A stretch of 64,000 nucleotides of DNA from Octopus sinensis (Eukaryota). The stretch is from contig NC_043012.1 of the NCBI RefSeq assembly GCF_006345805.1, positions 13,950,001 through 14,014,000 of the forward strand, read 5' to 3'. Below, in pieces: positions 55,581 to 64,000 of this stretch; position 1 is the stretch's first letter, and each line of letters opens with the position of its first letter. The notes under the pieces were generated by a model. The model searched no databases, was not told where the DNA came from, and worked only from the letters and a program-made list of their open reading frames with translations. A program made the position numbers and the translations under genes.

Positions 55581-56299
55581 ACTTGTGAGATTTTTGCTAC
55601 CCTGGTAACTATTTACTTATTTTTTACGTGTTAATTGTTAACAAGGTAAAATTACACTCATATATATATATATATATATATTACGGAGATGTACTTGCAT
55701 AGCAAGTGACCTGCGCTGAGATCGTGTGCTGCAACGAAAACAATTGCAGCGTGAAAGCCAGTTAAGAATATATATGCCAGAATCGTTATTGTGCTGGAAA
55801 AACTGCTTAACGTCATTTCCTCCGATTACACACTCTGGGTCAAAGTCCGACTGGCTTTGCCATTCATTGTTTTGGCATCGACGAAATCGGTACCAATATT
55901 CGTGAACTGAAATCAAATCCTGTATGTTTTTTTATTTCGTTATCTGAAGTCAATTTCAGAGTGGTCGTGCACTGTAAGCACATAGTAAATACATTCCTTA
56001 AATTCAACTTTTTCAAGTAGATATTATATTGCCATTTTTTTAACGTACCAATCATACTTCTCTCCGAAAAATAGCTCTCATTGCTTTTGAATAAAATAAA
56101 CACGCATAGGGGAACTGTCAACGTCTTTTCTCAGTTACCTCACACTATTTGTGTGGCTGTTCTTGGCAAGAAATTTCGCTTTCATGTAAAACAACTATAT
56201 TTTATAGTCATTATTTATAATCTGCTCCCAAAACACTTCAGTAGCTCTACTCTGCACCGCTTGCAAAGTTATGTGTTCTACGATCATTAAAGTGCAACT

Positions 56300-56331
56300 T
56301 AAACCGTCCAAAGAACGGGTGCGTTTGCTAG
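56300..56331 (+). mobile_element. Helitron 3' terminus (hairpin plus CTAG)
   Basis: accgtccaaagaacgggtgcgtttgCTAG followed by T. A near-identical end lies at 61217-61245. Confidence 0.7.
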
Positions 56332-56333
56332 TA

Positions 56334-56420
<87 letters not shown>

Positions 56421-57120
56421 CGTGAGAGCATCACACGAGAAGACAGGGAAAGAAATCCACTAAATAGATACTTACGGATTTAAGCCAAGTATCATTAAAG
56501 GAAACAAGTAAGTAAATATAGAAACAGCATGTTGGCAGAAACTATAAAGTGTTTTCGGTACGTTTTACGTGTTTGTAGATGGTTTAAAATATACACAATT
56601 TTTTTTTTACATATGGAAGTACACAGAGAATTACGTCGACTTAAGAAAAGCTTCTCTCTTTTGCATGACTATCCCCCAAACACTCGGATAACTTACTCTT
56701 TGAAGAAACGCCAACATGTAAATATATTGAAGTTTCTTCCAACTAAAACAAAGTGTTTCCTCTACTTCACCACAATGTAAGATATTTAGCTGCAAATGGA
56801 CGGCAGGTGGTGTAATGGCAGAAAAATTGATATGACGGTCATTTTAGATAATGAGTTCAATTCTTGCTGAAGCAAACATTCCAAATTGCAATACGCCAAA
56901 TTAATTAGCAGCTATGTACGTAATAAAATCCATTTGTTGTTCACGCACGCTTTATGAATTGGGAGTGCTTTATTAGGATTTGTCATAAATATTTATTCAA
57001 ATATTAGAAATATACGGAAAATACTATGAACTATAAAGATGTTTGATATATTTCAAAACAAAAGTGGCCTAATTTTCTGAATTTCTCTGAAAAGGTTTCA
57101 ATGAAATTATCAAAAAATTT

Positions 57121-57216
57121 CGCTCATAAACACACACATCGCCGGGTTTAAGATTCGAACCCGTGATCCCTCGACCGCGAGTCCGCTGCTCTAACCACTA
57201 GGCCATGTGCCTCCAC
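57121..57216 (-). mobile_element. SINE family C head (tRNA-like, not a tRNA gene)
   Basis: Reverse complement gtggaggcacatggcctagtggttagagcagcggactcgcggtcgagggatcacgggttcgaatc matches 41306. Confidence 0.85.
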
Positions 57217-57568
57217 TTTATTTGAATTAGTAGCTCTTAAATTCTGATTCATTATTATTTGTATTAAGACATATCTTACGATGTAATGATTTAATAATTT
57301 TTCTTGTTACAAAATTTACTCTATTACTATTTAGCTATTCATAACAACTTTCAAATATCTCATTTACAATTCCTTGTGTTTTCCGTAATATCTAATTTAT
57401 TCATGTTTCATCAATTAACTTCATTTAAATCATTATCACGACTTTGTACTTTCTCTTATATAGTTTTCGATACGCTCGTAAAAATATTACGCTTAAATGG
57501 ATTTACAAATAGAAAAACAGAGCGAGAGAGAGAGTGGGGAAGAGGGAGATCATGCATTCATGTATATA

Positions 57569-57755
57569 CGAGGACGTGCTGAAAAGTTCCTGGCTTTAGG
57601 TAAAAGAAAGTACAGGGGAATCAGTTAATTATTATTTTGTTCAACATATTCCCCTCTCAGATTCATACACTTATTACAGCCGTCCTTCGGTTTTTCTAAA
57701 CACTGTAAAAGAACTCCGAATGATGGAACTCCAGCCTTTTCAGGCAACCAACTCG
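57569..57755. mobile_element. Mariner-derived MITE, 187 bp, degenerate right TIR
   Basis: ta|cgaggacgtgctgaaaagttcctgg ... ccagccttttcaggcaaccaactcg|ta. Confidence 0.6.
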
Positions 57756-57808
57756 TAGACATACATATATATGCATAGAGTATGTGTAAATTCATATATG
57801 TGAGTATG

Positions 57809-57854
<46 letters not shown>

Positions 57855-57944
57855 CCTGTGTGAGTGTGTTTGCCTGTTATTGAAAACAGTTTGATTTGGA
57901 TTCCTGTAACTCTCAGTATATGTGTTGAGTGTCCTATATTTATA

Positions 57945-57996
<52 letters not shown>

Positions 57997-58003
57997 GTGT
58001 GTG

Positions 58004-58063
<60 letters not shown>

Positions 58064-58065
<2 letters not shown>

Positions 58066-58420
58066 CAACCTAATGGAACACTCGGAATTCCTATTCAAAC
58101 AAGGAGAGCGGTTCACAACTATAACCAACTTCACTTGTGCTTCGGCGAACATTATTTAGGCTATAACTTGTTACGGTTGTGGACATTCTGTATGGGAGAG
58201 ACAGGTATGATACTTAGATGGAGAACAACACTACATAAGGAAAATATCCGTTTCCCAAAGTATAGATAGATATCTTTGAGTGAACACATAGTGGGATGAG
58301 CAGGTAATATCCTACCAAACTTCACAGTTTTCCCCATCTACCAGTGCAAAGAAATAATTTTGTTTCAAAAAAATTATTCATCGAAGAATACAGAACACGC
58401 CTATATATGAAGGCATAATC
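58064..58420 (+). pseudogene. Penelope-like GIY-YIG endonuclease remnant
   Basis: Reads NLMEHSEFLFKQGERFTTITNFTCASANII*AITCYGCGH, then after a frameshift MGETGMILRWRTTLHKENIRFPKYR*ISLSEHI...FTVFPIYQC. This fits the NxIY...CxxC..YIGET...H pattern. Confidence 0.85.
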
Positions 58421-58880
58421 AACATTATTCTCAGTGTATATTTTAATTCATGATCACATACCCATCACTATACTTATTTCCTCTCACTACTTTAACTTTT
58501 GAGTTCCTGTATATTTATTTACCCCCCCCCCAAGAAGGAACAATTACCACCCCTGTCCCGAATAATAACGATCACCGACTACCTCTCCTTAGATTTTTCT
58601 ATTTGTTGATTCACTCACAAACATCCTTCGAAGAACAAGGAATAAAATCTTCTTAAGAAGATACGAACTTACTATAATTTCAATGTCATGGTTAGTGAAA
58701 GCGAAACCTGGCGACAAACAGTACTCTTTCACTTATAAAATATATTAAAACTATGTAAACACTGTGCATTTTCCTTTTTAATTTTACATATATATATTTT
58801 GCCTTACAACACATCACGTGGGGATGATTGAAATACTCCTCTTCCTTGCTCTTACTACTATTCCAAACGTGGAACGGAAA

Positions 58881-59510
58881 ATGCCACCGAAATCTACTAC
58901 AAACACACTGGATAAAATTATCAACAATGATATATTGAAGAAAATAAAAGAAATTAAATCAAATCTAGCTTTTCTAATTTACAAAACCGATGGGTTAAAT
59001 TACTGCAACCGAGAAGCAACCGAAAAAGAACAGAGGAGACAATTTACAAAGAGGTGAGTCAAAATTTGAACGAGATATGCTCAGCATTGCACTCAATTTT
59101 ACAAACAATTTTGGAAACGAATCATCATCAAAATTCCAAAAGCATAATGAAAATATACCAATATCAGCACATTTAATTAAAAGCTACATTAGCCATAATT
59201 GTCCCAAAACTAGAAACTTTTGTTTTGGAAAGTGATAGATAATAATTATAAGGCAGAAATATATGAAAATAATGAACACAACACCATTAATTCTGTCACG
59301 CAAACGGCAAATCTAACCAATCACAGAAGAGCTCGAACAATAAAGACAACTTAGGGAGAAATTAGCGCTAGAGAAAATGAAAATAGAAATTGAGATGCTT
59401 AAACAGAGATCATCGAATAACGAATAAAAATATAAACTCATCGATGAAGAAATGTTCACCGAACTCACTAACCATGCGGATGAACAACTTTTGGAAAGAT
59501 AGCTGTGAGT
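58881..59510 (+). pseudogene. Decayed ORF start after the pLTR, possibly the PLE N-terminus
   Basis: MPPKSTTNTLDKIINNDILKKIKEIKSNLAFLI... followed by a coiled-coil-like QLREKLALEKMKIEIEMLKQ with several stops. The position fits a partial-tandem PLE. Confidence 0.35.
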
Positions 59511-59559
59511 CGGAAGAAATATACTCCCTTCAACAATTAGGAAAACAGTGTTTTCTACA

Positions 59560-59605
<46 letters not shown>

Positions 59606-59705
59606 CATATGTTATATATAATTTATGAATATATAATTTTATGTATATATATATATACATACATAACATACATACATACATACATACATACATATTATAT
59701 ATATA

Positions 59706-60060
59706 CCAGAGGAAGTCTTAAATTATCCGTACTGTTGTCATATCTTTATTATTGTCACACTGCCTGCTGTGCATGCGCGCTCATAGTTGGTACCATTGTG
59801 GTCACGTGATAATAGGTTTGAGCCCGTTCGCGACATTTTTTTCTGGCTTTATAGTGTAAGCATGGTCGCTCTACTTGCAATGTGCACCAAAGAAGAACAA
59901 AGAGCAGTTATCTGAGAGGTGGTAATTTTTAACCGGTTCACCACGACCGTCTTTCGAGCTTGCTGAATCTTCTTGTCAGTGGTGAAGGGTGACGGGTGTC
60001 CTGCTCCCTCTTCCTGCGTCACGCTTCTCCGGCTACTTTTAAGCTTCTTGATCCATTCAT
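59706..60060. mobile_element. Rearranged mariner 5' fragment (plus 59706-59912, inverted piece 59918-60060)
   Basis: ATG at 59862 gives MVALLAMCTKEEQRAVI. The minus strand gives EWIKKLKSSRRSVTQEEGAGHPSPFTTDKKIQQARKTVVVNR. Confidence 0.75.
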
Positions 60061-60639
60061 GATGTTTATGCAGGAATAGACAACAAAAATTTTAAACCTA
60101 AAGGAAGTTTTAAATCTAAAGAATTTACCCCTGATATGTTTAATTGTCTCATTTGTGTACAAGTCCTTACATGGACTTCAAATGAAGATACAGAAATGCA
60201 GACAAGAAAACCTCCAAAACTTGAACAAGCGAACAAAGATTTAGCCCTGTAGACTGTTGTGCAAAAGTGTCAAAAGATAGTAAACCTGAAAAACGACGGA
60301 AGAAAAATTGAAGAAAAGGATTTCGCAAAAATAAAGATGTGTCGACCGAGAAAATATAACGAAAGAAGATTGCTAGGTCCCAATCGATGTTACGGATGTA
60401 AAGACCTTTATTTCAGAAAAGTACGAAGGTTACATGTAAAAAATCCTGAAGTGCTCTCAGCAGAAAGTAAAATCGTCTCCCAAATAAGTACACGTAAAAG
60501 CAAACGTTTTAGGACCTATAACTTCACGGATATACAGACCTGCATTCATGCACTCGAGTAAAAGACGAGTTGTGAACTTTATTTTCCTATCTGTATTCTT
60601 CTATCTACTTTACTCTTTATTCTTCTACTTTTCTATATA

Positions 60640-61245
60640 CATAAATGGCAGTTTCTGTCTGTTTGTAGCTGAGTGTGTTTGTGAATTTGTTACTTTAAGT
60701 CCTTGGAGAAGGATCCAACAGATCTTGATGAAATTTGACACGTGTGGGATGCTTATACACACGCGTTTACTTATGCACTTGGAATTTCAAAAATATCGAT
60801 AATTTTTAATCAGCAACTATTTTTCAAAAATAAGTAGGACATTTCAATGCAAATTCTCATATGAATGTTATTTTCTGCCATAACTAATAGAGAAACGAAA
60901 ATAAACTTTGGAAACAGCAACGCCACCATAGGTTACATGCAAACGATGAACGTGTTTTCAAAGGAGATAATAAAAGAACATAACCTAATATTTCATATAA
61001 ATATAAGAAATGAAAAATCCTTCAAGAACCCATCAAAATTCCCAGATCCCTACCAAAATTTCATCATCTGTTCCGCGTGTCACTTTCAACTTTTCCTGCA
61101 AGTTTCATCAAATACCATTCACAACTTTTTGAGTTATTTTGAACACAGACAGAGAGACGGACAAACCAACGCCAATGGAAACATAACCTCCTTCCTTGGC
61201 AGAGGTAATAAATCACACCGTCCAAAGAACGGGTGCATTTGCTAG
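60640..61245 (+). mobile_element. Composite Helitron/HINE-like region ending in a Helitron hairpin plus CTAG
   Basis: gatcttgatgaaatttgacac at about 60720, caagtttcatcaaa...gacggacaaac...aacataacctccttccttggcagaggtaa at 61000-61210, and CTAG at 61242-61245. Confidence 0.6.
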
Positions 61246-61920
61246 TATGTATATAAATACATGTATATATATACATATTTATATGAATATATATATATAT
61301 ATATATATTGGTTTCAGTCGTTGGCACAAGCCAGCAAGTTTAGAGGAGGGTTTAAGTCAACTATATATATATATATATATATATATATGACATAATCGTT
61401 CCTGCGCCAGAAGAACTGTGTATATTTCTAGGTCTTTTTATCATGGTTTATATATCTGAAACCAATTAACTACCAAATATATTTTACACAAAAATTATAA
61501 TGTATCATTATCTAACCAACTCCATCTGGTCCCATATGCTCATAAACAGGACTAATAGAATGCCGTCGTTGTTTTATAATTGTAGTAGACGTGTACTACC
61601 CAAAATTGGGTACAAACATATTAAAAGAGATAAAATAAATGTCAAAATATCTGTTCTTTCTTTTTGCGTCATATTCGTACATTACGCAACTTCTTGATTC
61701 TGTGAAACAAACGGTTAACTGCTTGTGGATTTTTGTTTTATTTTTGACGACAAAACAAATAGCCGTTGTTTTGTGCGGAATCAAGTTTGCCTCTCAACAA
61801 TATGATCCCTGTTTCAGTCCTACTGTGTGGCAACTTGGAAAGGTGCCTTCTATTGTACCCATGGTCGACCTAATTCTTGCGAGTAGATTTGGTAGACGGA
61901 AGCTGAAAGAAGCCCGTCGT

Positions 61921-62156
<236 letters not shown>

Positions 62157-62884
62157 TGTTTACAAGTTACGACATTAATTGATAGTGATGAAAGGGAGTA
62201 AATGAGAGATAAGTGAATGAATATGGCCGAAGACGAACGGAAATTAAAAAAGAAACTCTAGTAAATTACATGATTAAATAATTATGCTGTACCACTATTA
62301 GTCTGATCTTCACACAGTAGGTAAAATATGAATATTTCGAAAACGGGTACTATTTATTTAAAAACATCTCTAGTAATTAAAAATTGCACTTTAGTGTGGT
62401 TGAATAGTAGAGAAATATTCAGTGAATATTAGACGTTTAAGTTACCCACGATATGAAATCCCAACATACCATCGGAGATTATATTTTGAATATTCGCGAA
62501 ACGGATTTCTAATATAATTTGATTGAAGAAAACGTAACGGAATAATGTGTTACTAATCAAAGATAAATAGCTATTGAGCAAGAACTTAAAGCAGAATGGA
62601 TATACCTCGTGAAAAGGGAACAAATTTGAAAGTACTAGAATGTGAACTTAGCGTCTATCAAGCGAACGTCCATCAGCAAATATCCTAATGTATATGATAT
62701 ACATAAAGGTATCAAATGAACTCATAGGCCTGACCAGCGGCGAATTTTTATCATACTAGGAGAAAGTAAACTTAGAGATATTCGATAATAAAACAATAGT
62801 CTACAAATGAATTGAATACATGTAGCAGCAACCGATAAATTGTCTTCCTTAGTATAAAATATCTGAATTTAATGCAGTCTCCTG

Positions 62885-63273
62885 CATGAATGATGGCACT
62901 CCGTCGGTTACGACGACGAGTGTTCCAGTTGATTCGATCAACGGAACCACATGGTCGTGAAATTAACGTGCAGGTGGCTGAACACTCCACAGACACGTGT
63001 ACTCTTAACGTAGTTCTCGGGGGATTCAGCGTGACACAGAGTGGGACGAGGCTGGCCCTTTCAAATACAGATACAACAGAAACAGGAAGAAAGCGTGAGA
63101 GAAAGCTGTAGTGAAAGAGTACAGCAGGGTTCACCACCATGCCTTGCCGGAGCCTTGAGGAGCTTTAGGTGTTTTTGCTCAATAAACACTCACAACGCCC
63201 GATCTGGGAATCGAAACCGTGATCCTAAGACCACGAGTCCCCTGCCCTTACCACTGGGCCATTTATCCTCCAC
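62885..63273 (-). mobile_element. tRNA-derived SINE (family C-like head), long form
   Basis: Reverse complement head gtggaggataaatggcccagtggtaagggcagggactcgtggtcttaggatcacggtttcgattccc. Confidence 0.8.
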
Positions 63274-63486
63274 AGTCTCCTGTATATCTCTAATATAATT
63301 ATAGAAAAATATACCAAGGTCATTATTCTGAAGTTAAATAAAATGAGATTCACTTAAGGAGTAGTATATTGTTGAGGAGAAGTAAGTCATGATACAGCAT
63401 GGCTTCGCCAAATTTAACGATTTATGGCAATCTACTAAAAAATAATAACGTTATACAATGCTCTTATTCTTATTCTTATTTAAGGG

Positions 63487-64000
63487 ATGGTAATTATCCA
63501 CTGCATCGCCTTTCCTGGAATCTTTTTGGCTAGGAAGTATTTTACCTGCCGTCATCCACTTTCGGATTTGCACCCAGATGTTGATTATTTTATCCATTTC
63601 CGTGGCTGTTCTTCTTCCGTGTCGTGCTGGGAAAATGTTCAGCCAATATTCTTATACCCCATCAGGGCCTGGGCACTTCCAGTTTGGGATCTTTGTTTTC
63701 TCTTAACATTTCAGTCGTTATTCTAATATTGCTCGATTTCACTTCATATTCTTCCGATCTTCATTCCTTCAACCATTTAGCAGCTTTGTTTCGTTTTCTT
63801 CCATTATCCCCGATGTTAATCCCAAATCTACTTTCTTCAGCGTCTGGTCTCTCACTGCTCTTAACCTTTCCATTCAGCTGTTGATAAACTCTTTTCTGGT
63901 CTTGTTACAATAATCTGTTGATTTTATATTGTTCAATTCTTTGCTCATATCTCTTTTGATCTTTTTCGCCTGAGGCTGCAATCGTTGTTGTTTGGACCCT
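63487..64000 (-). pseudogene. R4/Dong-like (RLE-type) non-LTR retrotransposon, pre-RT and RT start, running off the window edge
   Basis: Fragments read KIKRYEQRIEQYKINRL..QDQKRVYQQLNGK, PDAEESR, PNWKCPGPDGV*EYWL and KWMTAGK..SQKDSRKGDAVDNYHP. Confidence 0.8.

Noticed and set aside
57121-57216. tRNA-like sequence with A and B boxes
   Set aside because: It matches the SINE head at 41306 and lacks a proper acceptor stem, so it is not a tRNA gene.

Overview
Eukaryotic, AT-rich, microsatellite-saturated, repeat-dominated DNA with one 100-N gap (22501-22600). The tRNA-derived SINE families and the (TA)n/(TG)n/(TATG)n/(GATA)n density point to a cephalopod, most likely Octopus; this is an inference from repeat content. 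No intact protein-coding gene can be supported. Nearly all listed ORFs are translations of simple repeats or transposon fragments. The window holds two full-length but decayed mariner elements with TIRs and TA TSDs, Tc1 and maT/DD37D remnants, MITEs, Helitron-like pieces, Tx1/L1, CR1 and R4-like LINE remnants, Penelope-like (PLE) GIY-YIG remnants and many SINEs. The most striking feature is a set of type I hammerhead ribozymes from at least four unrelated sequence families, folded by hand. One is canonical (2834-2892, minus) and one near-canonical (7763-7808). Two loci carry head-to-head inverted copies, so both strands encode a ribozyme and the transcript can alternatively fold into a long dsRNA hairpin (23820-24278 and 26312-26441). 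One SINE family also appears to insert at GGTAT, a motif it carries internally, which produces self-nesting.
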